Shown here: positions 37,400 through 50,235 of the stretch, in pieces | Numbering within the stretch: the stretch's first letter is position 1 | Layout of the letters: each line of letters opens with the position of its first letter | Assembly: GCA_017499595.2 (NCBI GenBank) | Contig: CM039010.1 | Span: forward strand, 1,798,001 to 1,862,000 | Source of the DNA: Psilocybe cubensis | Taxonomy: Eukaryota | Reading direction: 5' to 3' | Length of the DNA: 64,000 bases | The notes under the pieces: generated by a model | The model's database searches: none | Told to the model about the DNA's origin: nothing | What the model saw: only the letters and a program-made list of their open reading frames with translations | Translations under genes and position numbers: made by a program

Positions 37400-39990
37400 A
37401 TAGCAGTTGTTTTACACTTTTTGTGTACAGGACCTATATTATCTATATTATTATATTTAGCCAACATTTCAATCATTTACCGTGAAATGTACCGGGTTTC
37501 TGCTTCATTTTTTTTATGACTGCCAGATATATCTTATCCCTTTTGCTTTTCTCTAAGCTCTACAGCTTATCATGAGCATCTCCCCTATTCTTCTCTTGTG
37601 ACTTGGCAACCAAATGCGTATCCAATTCAAGAAAGAGTGTTAGATTCTCACATGCCTCTTGTTTGCCTTGTAGCATGCCTCATATATAACTGTTCATTGG
37701 GCCTGAGCCTATGCCCATAAGTTGAACACAGACATCATTAACAGTGCACTTTGGCACTTCCTTGTGCTCAAGGACCACTGCTGCTGTTTTGTAGGATAGA
37801 ATTTCAAGGCAATAGTGTCCAAGCAACTTTCTGAAGAAGATTTCCATTTTCTCAATGGTATCCCTGTGGCCTAGTTGAAGTGATCCTGAAACCAAGCCAT
37901 AATCTCTAAGGCTTAACTACGGGCATGCATGCAAGCCTTGCGCTAGTTATACAACATTGCATATATGTTGTCTTTCTGCCAAAATGTCTTCTACATAGGT
38001 GTTATATGTATTTGCTCTGTAGCAGCTTCAAAAGTGGGAAAATATGTGTTATGGTCCAATACATTCATCAAGAAAGCATAGACACATAGCACAAAAACAT
38101 TCATGATCCCAAACCAGTCGTTGAAATCCGGAAAATGATCCATGCAAAAGTCTAAATAATATCAGATATTTGCCTTTCAGCATACTAGAAACAACTCTAT
38201 CACTTACTAGTACAAATAAAAGCATTCTCCATATACATTTTATGGTACATGGAGATCATCTGTTGCAAATGTAATCGGGTGTGTGCATGATTTGCATTTG
38301 TCAATGTTTTTCCTGCTACAAAGGTATGAATTATTGCAGACAGGCTGTCAATTATGTTTCCAATAGAGTAAAAATGCCCGCCATGGCAAACCGTGTCAAA
38401 CAGTGTATACACCATGTGCAAGATATTTGGTCTCATTATGCTAAAGCATATACATGTCAGTTTTTGTGGTTTTGTATTTCAGCTTAATAAAACTCTTACA
38501 GCTCTGTTGCTGATACAAGTACAATGGCCTCTACGTCCAGTACAAAGCTATATGTGTCATCAAATTGATAGCAATTGGATAAGAAAAAGGATGTATTATG
38601 CATAGAGCAATTTTTTGAATCCTTAGGACACACCAGCAACCACAGCTTGGCTTCACATTTGGTTTTGATGTACGTTCCCAACCCATTACTGTCCATATGC
38701 CATTCATGGAAAGTACTCTTTGTTGTAGCTAAAGCCCAGTGACTGTATTCCGCCGCAAAAGCCCTCAACAACTTCCAGTCACCCATTGTATTGAACAGCG
38801 CTATGTAATCAATACTGACTTCCAGGTACCTCATCTCCTTCATCTCTATGGGTATGTCTAAAACATTCAATATCTTGTTAATACCCTTGAACAATGCCTG
38901 GTGAAGCTGGTCCAATATTTCAGTGCATAAGCAGAGATTTAGATTTCTGTTCTTGGGAACTATAGACAGATTTGCAATGTGTACTCAGCCCCAAGACAAT
39001 CTGCCATATTCTTACAAAAACTCACTATGTACTGCTCAGGGAATCGTTAGGCATTCCAAACCTTATAGTGCAGCATGAAACCTTTTGGGGCCTCCATTCC
39101 TTAAAGGGCATGTTACATCTGTTTCTTTTATTACAATGTGTTGGTTTTGAAGAATTGTCAACAATTTATTGACCCCCAAACTATTGTAAACTTCTTGATC
39201 CAATATACAAATCATGGAGTTTTTTGGGTCTGTCAAAAACTTTGGCTTTCCTTTGATCATGTTGGCGTCCTGGTCTAGTGTTGCCAGGGTTTTTTCATTC
39301 TAATTACAACATGTCAGTGTCATATTAAAATTTTGTTATAGAAAATATGTACATGGGCAATGATGTTAATACTATAGCCTTTGCTAGTTGCCAAAAAGGC
39401 CACAGGCCTCTTTGTTGACCAATAAATTTTAACTTGCTGCTTCAGATTCAGCATGATTTCTCTTAGCATAAAATAAAAGTGTCTTTCCATAGCCATGTAA
39501 ATGATATCATTGTCATCAAATTCAGAATCCTTCACTATTGGTGTACTGGATTTGCTTTGTGTGTGACCTTTGCGCTTTGGAACAGACCATAGGTCCAGTT
39601 AGAAAGGCATCTTTATCTTGTTTTGGGCTCCACATAGAGGCATTTGATGTCTATTTGCAGTGGAGGCAGTAATGTTCTTTCCAATATTTTTTCTGATGCA
39701 AGTTCATCTTCAGGCCTACCCTGAAGTGCGAACTGCTACTTTGGTATTCCAGCAACCGGTGTCAACATGAATTTTAAGTTCACCTGGGTTTCACTAGATA
39801 GTCAAATATTGGATTATTCCAGTTGTTTGATGGATTCAAGGTTTTAATCAATTTGGTGTGTTTTCCACAAGTTTTCCCAAGTGCAAATAGAGATAGGTAT
39901 GTGTAGGGATATTAGAAATGTATTTTAAAGAAGTTAATCTGAAAAGAATATTTGTTAGTAATTTATATGTTTGAGTTACGCACCTAAAGC
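37400..39990 (-). pseudogene. JmjC-like / 2OG-Fe(II) dioxygenase gene, degenerate and multi-exon
   Basis: Motifs KILNVLDIP, HWALATTKSTFHEWHMDSNGLGTYI..KLWLL (HxD) and DVEAIVL..MRPNILHMVYT..CHGGHFY (distal His). Confidence 0.7.
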
Positions 39991-40869
39991 TTGGTATTTA
40001 GAGTGGCAATGTAATGGGCGGTTAGACTGTTGGATGGAACTGACAGATAGAACTGATGGATAGAGCTGACAGACGGAACTGACGGATAGAGCTGACAGAC
40101 GGAACTGACAGACGGATTTGGATAGACAGATGGGTGATTAGACTGACCTGACTAAAGGTTTAAAACAAGCTAATTGCTTTAGAAAGAGATACTAACTTTA
40201 AAGTGATTCAATACTCTTTATAACAGACAAGCAGAGTTTAGGTAGTATAAGTATATTGCAAAAAATAACTAGCAACTACAGGGTTTGAGCAAGTTTAGGG
40301 ATACTATTGAAAAAGGGAACTTAGCTACTGCCCAAAAATTTCTAAGCCTTTATATACCTTTTCCTATGCTTACATAATCACAATATCAATTTCTATATAG
40401 GGATAGGCTGACTAAACTCTAAACCTCATTACCAATCCATTTCTATTGTTCTGGCTACTTTTGGCAGAGCGAGTAAGTGCTGGATAGTAATTTATAAGCA
40501 TTTCTATTGTGTTCACTAAGCGCCAAGTAAGAGATTACTAATATGTGTCATTGTTATTAGTCAATAAAATGTTCAAGGATGTTGCCTTGACAACACATCA
40601 AATAGGCTGTGCTGATTATCTATTTTTAGATTTGAGGCTATATACTATCTGATTGCTGCTCCCATAGCTATGTTGGGTACTGATTATACTTGTAAACCAT
40701 TAATCTTATCTGATTTGAGTGCAATTATCATGTGACTATACATAATTTTATCTTTTGCAGAAAACATATCTCTCCTAACGATGTTGACTTAAGGTGTTCT
40801 ATGAGTTTTGCCTGGTTTGTTATCGTTGGTTGGTGCAAAGAATATTATGTTTTTATTCAAAACATTTTG

Positions 40870-41870
40870 CATGCCTTACACCGGAACCATATTGTTTATA
40901 ACCCCATCTGGCGTGTCCATTATCACATCATGATTCTTGTCCACAGTGTCATCCTCAATATTTGCAACTGAAACTGTATTGTTTATAGCCCCATCTGGTA
41001 TGTCCATTATCACATCACAATTGTTGTCCACGGTGTTGTCCTCTTTATTCTGATTGTCTGGTACATCATCATTAAATCCACTCTTCTCACCCTTCTCCTG
41101 GTCTTGACCCCTTTCAGTTCCATTTGTATCCTTCTGGTCGGTCTCCAGTTCACTCAGTTCACTCTCCTTACCCTTTTCCTGGTCTTGACTCCTTCCAGTT
41201 TCATCTGCACCCTCCTGGTTGGTCTCCATTATATCAATCAGCTTTCCTATTTTGTTTGGTTATGCAGCTTTAGTCTTGGTGCTACCCTAAGACACTAACT
41301 GCTGCTCAGGGTGAGGAGATATTCCTGCAAGTTGAACTGTGTCATTTATCTATTGTATCTACTGTCATATCAATATCTTCCCCCATGTTCTTCTTGTCTT
41401 TCTTCAGCCTAGGTGTGACTTTGTCTGTATTGTTCTTCTCTCCAATGGTCTTGTACATCTCATTCTCTTCACCTGCAACATCTTCTTAGACTTCATCTTG
41501 CATGTTGTCACTCCTTGCACCAGCCAGGTCCACGTCCATATCCTCACTACCACTCATGTTTTTAGTTGTCATAGTTTCTTCCTGTCTAGGTGGCATAGTT
41601 ATCAGCAGTCTTGGTTGAGAAGACTGTACTAGCAACTTGAATGGAAATGTTAGGTCTTTATTTATTGGCGAGTCTCCATTCCGCACCAATGACACACCTC
41701 ATTTCACAGCCAGGATATTCAATGCAGCAGGAAAAGGTCAATATCTAGGATGCATTCATACATATCCACCTGATTCCACAAAGACCCTTGGTTCTACTAT
41801 CCCAACCAGGATTGTTTTTCAAAATGGGCTTAGTACCTGTTTGCAGGTTTACATTGATGAGTCTTGCAGA
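40870..41870 (-). pseudogene. Acidic low-complexity ORF fragments, possibly the N-terminal part of the JmjC-like gene
   Basis: Repeated D/E/Q-rich units (ETNQEGADETGRSQDQEKG; DVIMDxPDGxINNxV, twice). Same strand as and upstream of the JmjC exons. Confidence 0.35.
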
Positions 41871-42189
41871 TCTAAAGTATTTTTTTCTATTTTTCTTTCA
41901 ATTCATAAACTTACAATCTTCATTTAGACAAGAAAAATTAAACAATATCATTTTCTACTTTATATATATAAATTGAAATGTTGATTCAAATTTTGTAATA
42001 TAATGTGTATCATTTTTTGGCATCCTGAACATCCTTGATAGTGTGATCCTTGAGTACCTAAGTCAATATATCTGTTTCTTGGCATCACCTTCCTGTGACA
42101 TGTCTTGATATATATAGAAAACATACATATGTTCATTGATATTAAACTGCAGTAATACGTGGTTTGATAGGAAAGGCGCACCATAGTAA

Positions 42190-42515
42190 TGCGCAGTTTG
42201 ATAGGGAGGGCGCAGTAGAGTGATGCACAGATTGATAGTGAAGGCCTACTGGAGTGATGCACAGATTGATAGGGATGGCCTACTGGAGTGATGTATAGTT
42301 TGATAGGGAAGGCGTACTGGAGTAATGCGCCAGGAATGGCCTATTCCAGTGTAGCGGAGTGCAGCACTACAGTTGGCCGCACTTTATACCACTCCAGTGT
42401 GATGTAACGTTCCATTGGACTCATGTATGACATAATAGGGGAGGCACTCCAGTGTGCTAAACATTGTACCACTCCAGTATGACGTGATATCTGTGATAGT
42501 AATGCATTACTGTGA
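42190..42515. repeat. Third CACTCCAGTG/ACTGGAGTG cluster with about 32-bp tandem units; putative element terminus
   Basis: tgatagggaaggc.tactggagtgatgcacaga is repeated about 4 times, and cactccagtg occurs at about 42390 and 42445. Confidence 0.7.
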
Positions 42516-45500
42516 CACATGTGCTTGGCGGAATTCCAGCAGAATCCACAATTTTTTTGGATATTGTCAGTAATATTGATATTTACTGAAGAGATATATA
42601 TAAGTCTAGTATCATATAATCCAACTGCTATATTTATTTTTATAATAGTTATAGATATAAATTTTCTACTTTTTTTACTATCTATTCATTTACTTCTGGG
42701 CTAGCAAAAGACAACCTCAACTCTATTATTGCTGTCATCCACAAAATATTGCTAGTCTAGCTCTACTATCCATAGGTTAATCACCAAGGCTAATATTTTT
42801 TACTTTTTCAGGCCATATTTGTTCATGAAATTACTAGCCATATTGGTTGAAAAGCTTTGGTGCTAGACTATATTTGGAATATGTATTAGCAAGTTTCCAG
42901 TGGATGGCTTAAAAATATCTTCCAAGTATTGACAATACAAATTGTCATCTTTTTGGACCTAGACTCTTAACTCTAGATTGAGCTTTGAGAAATCAGTATT
43001 GTTTACTAGTTTGGAAATCTTCTTACTAGTAACTTAAAGCAGCAGAAGAATATGCCTACTCAATTGCTGCTTCCAGCCCTTTATTATATGTTAGAAATAA
43101 TTAGTTTTATTACAGATTAATGTTGGCTTCTATTCAAGTGCTTTGTAACCAATTTAATTTCCACTTTTGTAATGCATAGCTCAATAATCCAAAGTTTTAC
43201 AACATACTTCAGAGCAATCCAGACCGCTTTTTTTTGTTTTGTGAATATGCACAAACCCAAAAAAATATGACAAGCAGCAATGGGACATTTTTTCTAGACA
43301 TTGTCTAAATACAAATTGGTATTTTTAATGCCCTTATTTGCTATGGAATTACATTTGCAACATTCTTTTCTTGTATTGGGCAATCTGTTTTCACATTTTT
43401 AGCTCACATCTTTAGCAGACTTTTATCACACAGTTATGCAATTCTAACAAAACAATATTAAAGATTATTATAATAAAACTGCATATAGTTATACAATCAC
43501 TAGTCAAAGTCCAAAGCTTGTTGATATCTACTAGGCTAAGCTTCAAACCATTAAATGGCTAGGCCTGTATACAAGCAGTGTACATGATTTTAAAGATATT
43601 TTCCACTTTTTCAAGCCTCTATCTGGGTCTGGTCCTTTTAAAGCACTTTTAATATGTATCTTATAATAGTCAACTATATCTATGCAAGGCTTGTCAATTA
43701 TCCCACATTTGAAGTAATGGGATGTATAATTCAATAGCTTAACAAAGGGCCTATTTCTGCTTTTAAAGTGTTAGGCCTTATTCCTAAAAGAAAAAATGGC
43801 TATAAGTAAGGAAAATGGCAAGCAAAACCAAACAACTATATATCTGGCTTTGAGGCTGCCTACAAGCTCATTTAGAATAATATTTCAGCCAAACTTTACT
43901 AAAAAGCAGCATTGGACTATTTTGTTACTAAATATACACTGTAAGTTTGTATGATGCCAAAAACTTCAAATTATCAAGGATTAATTTGTGTACTGCATTT
44001 ATAATCCTGTGAGTTGTATTGCTTTTTGCTTCATATATATTCTGATATAGTTGTTTAGTTGAATATTAATGATAAATTATATAATATAATAATTCATTTG
44101 TGATGTATTATGATTATCAAATTATATATTAGAAATGTTTGATTATTGTTTATGATTTTTGAAATAATTTATGGCTATAAAATCTTCATACAATTTTAAC
44201 AAGGCTTATAAACAAGCTGAAGATACAAATAAAAATCCAGCACCCTACTATAGAGTTAATATCTTCTTCAAACAGAGTTGATGGCTTATTTTTTGCCACT
44301 TCTACTGCCACATCTATTATAACTACCACTACCACTGCTACTATTACCATTACTGTCATCACAAATATTTTGATTTCTATAATAAGCAGACCTGGCTTAA
44401 ATGCAGTTTCTATTGCATACTTCAACTTTTTTGAAAAGCTATGAGCACATTTTGAGGTACACAATCTGGATATTGCTTAGTTAAGCATACTAATAGGCCC
44501 ATATGTAAAAATAGCAAATTTGGGGCAATGGGCATTTTTAGCTTATTGTCACTACCACCACCATTAGCCTTGATATCTATATTAGAACAAGTACATACAT
44601 CTGCACAAAAACTCTGTTTTTATTGTCCTCTACCTCAAATCAATGTTGACATTAACATTTACCTCTACTTTGTCCATACTATTGTCATCTTTGGTGCTTT
44701 TACTGACCACAACAAGCATATGGCTGCTTCTATCAAGCATAATTTGATAAGGTGGCAATATGCAGAGTATCTATCTGGATTATTTTGAGAAAATGCACTA
44801 AGGGTTAGATATTGATATGAGCATAATGGTGTAGACTGCTTTACTAATATCATAACACATTTTTAGTAAAGGTTTGCCTATTAATATGACATTTAAAACT
44901 CTTTTCTACTCAGATTTGCTGACATATTTTTATATAGATTGTACATTAATGTTTTGTCTTGACCCAACCTTGACTATAAAAACAATGCTAATTAATAGTT
45001 GATAATTGTGGAAAAAAATTATGTTTACTCAAGCCTACTTTGTCATACTGCTTTTGATATTTGCCATTTTTATATTTTACCAATGACTATTCTACTACCA
45101 ATGCTTAAAAGTATTAAGAATAGATACCCTTTTTAATAATTTGCAGTTGGGCTTTTATGCTGCTTATTCAAATACAATATTTCCTTAAGATAGTTCAAAT
45201 GTAATCAATAGTATAGATTTGGATCAACCCACTCTCATCCCACTTCAATGCTTAACAACTGTGGGTCTATTATTTACCTTTTGTATTGTTATTTTTGTTT
45301 TTTTATTGGTTAATATTATTTCAATTATGGTGGATTTTAGTGAGGTTGGCCTTTTTTTGAGGAGTGAAAGAGGGAGATTTGCAAAATAAAAAAAAGTCCC
45401 TAGAGAGGTTGGAATTGCCCTGTAGGAGTGGTTGGCTGAGAATATTGTGAGCACAGGATTAGCACTAGTCTCAAAATGCATGGTTCTGGATTATTAGTTT

Positions 45501-45787
45501 TATAATGGTTGATAGTTGTTCTTTTTAACTAGAGTGCTGAGCCAGGAATAAAACACTTTAATGGCTCATATGGCTATATCAGTAGACTGTAATATGTTTG
45601 ATTAGGTTTGATAGCCTTTTCTGGTACTTTTATTGGCCTATGGGCTTGATGTCTATGTGTGTAAAGCCTTAGTAGGGTGACAATACTCTGTGTTGCAACT
45701 AGTAATGGTCAGATGTTTTATAGGGTATTTATTACTCTTGTTTATTTAGCTTATAAGTATAGCATGAGCACTATTTCTAGCTTGCTA

Positions 45788-47391
45788 CAGTGGGCAAAAA
45801 AACCGTTCGAGTGTTGGTCACATATAAAAAGATTAATTTATAACTTTGAAATTAAAAATGTTAAAAATATGAAATTATTCACAGATATACTATATGGTGT
45901 TAGCTAAAGGATGACATACTGATCATGTGATTTGTCCAAGAATTGACCAAACAGCAGCATACACAATTTGCTAAGTCATTCAAACAGTTTTTTTGCTAGT
46001 AATTTAAATGCTATAAACTATGTATTATCACATGACTTTGTTGATATACCAAACAACTATCAATAAAATCATGTGACTACATGTTGAATAGGTATATAAT
46101 AGCTACAACCAACCTCTTTATCCCCCAATCAAGCATGAAACCCCTCTCTAAAGCAACCATTGCTACTATTGTCTCTCTTCTTACTTCTGGTCACTCCTAT
46201 GCCTCTATCAAGGCCCAGACTGGAGCTAGTGCTGGTTCTATCACCAAGATTTGCCAAGACTACTGTCCTGGAGCAGTGGTTTCCCATGGAGGATGCCCAA
46301 AGAAGCTGACTGGTGCCAATATCACCTATACCAAGCGTGGAATTTGAACTAGACAAATCAAGAATGCTGTGCAAGCTGCCAAGTCTCTGGCTACTATTAA
46401 TGGCCAGAATATCAGTCCTCAAACAGTTAGGAATGCACTCAAATCAACTGGCATGGTCTCAGTGGCAAAACAAAAGAAGCCTTTGTTATCAAAAAAGCAT
46501 AGGAGGGCTAGATTGGAGTTTGCAGAAAGGCACTTGGAGTGGACTGTGGATGACTGGGCAAGGGTCTGGTGGTCAGATGAGACCAAAATTAACAGATTGG
46601 GTTCAGATGGCAGAGATCAGGTGTGGATAGACAAGGAAAACAGACAGAATCCCAGGAGGATCAAGCAAACTGTGAAGTTTGGAGGAGGAAACTTAATGAT
46701 ATGGGGTTGTATGAGATGGGAAGGAATTGGATTTGCCACTAGAATTGATGGGAAGATAGATGCTCAGTTATACACTGAGATCCTAGGTGATGAGCTCCTA
46801 AAATCCTTGGAGTGGTATGGTCAACAGGTAGAAGATATCCACTTTCAGCAAGACAATGACCCCAAGCACACCTCAAAATTGGCCAAGAAATGGTTTGAAG
46901 AGCAGAATTTTAGGGTCCTCATATGGCCTGCACAATCTCCAGATCTCAACCCCATTGAACATCTATGGGAATACCTCAAAAGAAGACTTAATGAATATGA
47001 AGTCCCACCAAAGGGTATCCATGAACTTTGGGAGAGGGTTGAGAAGGAATGGAATGGAATACCCAAGGAAGTGGTGCAGAATTTGATTGCTAGCATGCCT
47101 AGAAGGTGTGCAGCAGTGATTAAGGCCAAGGGTGGACATACAAAGTACTAGTAGATATGATTTATTGATACTCAAGTGTTTAGCAAAAAAACTGTTTGAA
47201 TGACTTAGCAAACTGTATATACTCCTGTTTGGTCAATTCTTGGAAAAATCACATGATCAGTGTGCCATCCTTTAGCTAATACCCTCTAGTATACCTGTGA
47301 ATAATCTCATATTTTTAACATTTTTAATTTCAAAGTTATAAATTAATCTTTTCATACATGACCAACACTTGAACGGTTTTTTTGCCCACTG
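45788..47391 (+). mobile_element. Tc1-family DNA transposon (DD34E) with 211-bp TIRs and TA flanks
   Basis: Ends read TA|CAGTGGGCAAAAAAACC..GGTTTTTTTGCCCACTG|TA. TIRs span 45788-45998 and 47181-47391. Confidence 0.95.
46135..47151 (+). pseudogene. Tc1 transposase with one in-frame TGA (46345-46347, probably from CGA)
   Basis: Motifs WWSDETK, FQQDNDPKH and WPAQSPDLNPIEHLW, with 34 residues between the second D and the E. The ORFs on either side of the stop are in frame. Confidence 0.92.
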
Positions 47392-47915
47392 TATCACCAA
47401 ATGGGACGGGGGTACTATACTTCCAGCTACCAGATGTAGCCCGAAGAGCAGCCGCCTCAGTACTCAAGTCAAAAGAGTGAGCGCCTGCATGAGGTAAAGG
47501 GATGTCAAGGGCATTGAGGATCTTTCTTCTTTTGCCTTTCATCCTCGCTGCTTCCATGACCTGAGAGAGGGACCCACACTTAATCTTCTCAATGGGGTTA
47601 GACGACATGGTCGACATATCTGTTACGGCCATTAGCATGAGACGCAGAAAGAAAAATCAAAACATCGAAGAGGAAACACACCTTGGATTGACCTGGTGCT
47701 CATCATATCACCCATATAGCGACGTACCTGGCTGTAGAACTCGTCGGAGCAAGTTGAAATAGACTCCTCTTGAGAAGGAGACATAAGGACAACGTTCCTT
47801 TTAGAGAAAGACTCCATCAGATACATGGATTTTGTGGTGCTGCGGTCGAATACCGCAAAACATGATTCTTCGGGACATGCTATGTGCAATGGAACTCCAT
47901 CGACGTGTACATTTA
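47392..47915 (-). pseudogene. Fragment of a second, CpG-rich JmjC-like gene, cut by the Tc1 end
   Basis: KRRKILNALDIPLP matches KILNVLDIP in the 38-kb copy. An intron with intact GT..CTAAT..AG signals lies at about 47622-47682. Confidence 0.6.
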
Positions 47916-48019
47916 AGGTTTTTTTAAAAAATTTATAGGCCATTATAACTTGTTATGAAGATAACCAATTTAACTTGTTATGAAGATAACCAATTAAATA
48001 ATAAGGGTTGGGTAGTATT

Positions 48020-48260
48020 ATCAACATGAATTTTAAGTTTACCTAGGTTTTATTAAATAGTTAAATATTGGGTTATTTTAGTTGTTTGATGGATTTAAGA
48101 ATTTAATCAATTTGAGGTGTTTTTCACAAGTTTCCTCAAATACAAGAAGAGGTAGGTATATGTGTAGAAAATAGGGATATATATTAAAGATATTAACCTA
48201 AAAAAATATTTGTTAGTAATTTACATGGTTTAATTATACATCTAAAATTTTGTTTTTATA
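48020..48260. repeat. More AT-decayed direct copy of 39762-39990
   Basis: Collinear blocks tcaacatgaattttaagtt..agttgtttgatggatt..atatttgttagtaattta. Confidence 0.8.
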
Positions 48261-49179
48261 ATAATTTGACAAGCAAATGGACAAATAAAACTAATAGACA
48301 AATAGATGAATAAAATTTAATAAACTAAATAGATAGATAGAAAATAAATAGATGAATGGAATAAATAGATAGATAAAACTAATAAATAGATAGATAAACT
48401 TGTTTTATATACATAGGCTATTGCTATATATAGCAAATATAAATCCTGTTAGAATTATATCAAGCAGACTAAAGTTGAGGACAAGTTTGTAGATGGAAAC
48501 CAGAGGCTAAAGTTAGAAAACAAAGTCATTGTTGAATTTGGTAGTCAAAGGACTTAGCTTTAGCTTATATACTGTGCTTTTCTTATATTTTGTGCTCTAA
48601 TTTGGAGACAGAGATCTAAGAGGAGAACAGTACTAGGCAAGAAACTAAGTCAAAAATGAAACTTGTCCAGTGTAGATCATTGCTTATAGCATGGCATTTA
48701 CAAAGCTTTTTATTTTATTTTGCTAGAACTTAATTATACTGCACACTACTTTATACCAAAAGTAGTAAAATCATTTTCCATTTATAATTTACCATAAAAA
48801 TAGACTACTACAACAGACCATTTAAATTAGTTGTAGCAGAGACAATAGGACTTTCAATGGCAGTCAAAAGAAAATTGATCAACAATAACTGCTCCCAGAA
48901 ATCAAATTAATGAGTTAGAGATTAAAATCAGTAAAACACATTGCTTATTAACTTAGCTAAAGCACCATATCAACCATTATTTAATAAGAATCTATAGCAT
49001 TTAATGATATATTATGAAAAAGAAAAAAAATACCATTGTCCTTATTAGGACAAGGTAGCAAGGCAGAAGGAAGAGGCAGAAAAGAAGGAGGCAGTGAAGG
49101 CAAAGGATAAGAGTGATGGCAAGAGAAAGAAACCATTGAGTTCCTCATTATCAAATGAGAGTGGAGGCAGCGGCAAAGA

Positions 49180-50235
49180 GAAACAACTAGAGCATAATGC
49201 TACTGGTTGTTAGGGAATGGCAATGGTAGCGGCGACAACCAGTAAAGTGCATGTGCCACAAGAGTGGTGCTAGAAACGAATCATCAGAATTTTCTGATGG
49301 TTTGTCAAAAGGAGGTGAGCAGGCGGTGAGGAGAATAAACCAGCAGCATTTGCTGGTTTGCACAGTGTGTCGGCAACAACACTAATTGTTGTGAGATAAG
49401 TGGCAAGGTTGGAAGTAGTAGAGACAAACCAGTAGCATGGTGCTGTTGGTTGTCAAAGGGAGCCTACGGAAGGGGAGAAGACTAGCAATTTTAGGCTGCT
49501 GGTTGTTGGGAATGGCAGTGGCATGGCTGGTCATCGAGATGTAAATGGCAAGGGCGGTGGAATTAGAGATAAACCAGCAAAAAGGTGCTGCTGGTTGTCA
49601 AAAGGGGGTGCAAAAGGAAGAAGAATGAACTAGCAGCATAAACTGCTGGTTTGTTCAAGGGAGTGGGCGGCAAGGGCGGTGACGACAACCAGTCAACCAC
49701 TGGTTGTCGCATTGTAAGTGGCAAGGGTGGGAGTAGCGGTAGCAAAGACAAACCAGCAGCAGTACGCTGCTGGTTGTCAAAAGAGGTAGTGTGGGATACC
49801 AGCAGTGTAAGCTGTTGATGTTTGATGGATGGGTGGCAAGGGTAGTAGCAACCTGCTGATTGTTGTATGGAGAGCGGTAAGGGTGGGGCTATGGTGACAA
49901 ACCAGCAGCATGCAGTACTACTACTAGTTGTTGAAAGAGTGCATGTAAGAGGGGAGGAATTTAGTGGCAGAGAGTGGGAAGGTGGCAAGGGTGGTGGCAA
50001 GAGTGGTGGAGAGAGCAATAGCGAGGGTGGCAACAACGACTAGTAAGTTGCTGTTGTTGCATGGCAAGCAGCAGAGGCAGGGGCAGCAGAGACAAACCAG
50101 CAGCAGCATGCTGCTGCTGGTTATTGAAGAGGGCAGCATAGGAGGGGGGAAGAATGGACCAGCAATGTAAGCTGCTGACCATTCAGGAGTAAGTAGCAAG
50201 AGCAGTGACAACAACTAGTAATCTGCTGGTTGTTG
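49180..50235. repeat. Second array of AACCAGCAGC..GCTGCTGGTT palindromic units
   Basis: A perfect 28-bp palindrome lies at 50095-50122, and aaccagcagc-agtac-gctgctggtt at 49751-49775. Confidence 0.8.

Noticed and set aside
35520-42515. TET/JBP gene beside the KDZ transposase
   Set aside because: The dioxygenase motifs seen (WHMD..G.GT, KLW, MRPN..H.V.T, GGHFY) fit a JmjC-like fold. No TET/JBP signature was recognised.
42520-45780. AT-rich stretch as a further transposase pseudogene
   Set aside because: It is probably decayed coding DNA, but no motif could be identified with confidence.
33640-50235. Palindromic repeat/spacer arrays as true CRISPR arrays
   Set aside because: The context is eukaryotic with no cas genes. 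The repeats are degenerate, and the spacers are low-complexity and variable in length.
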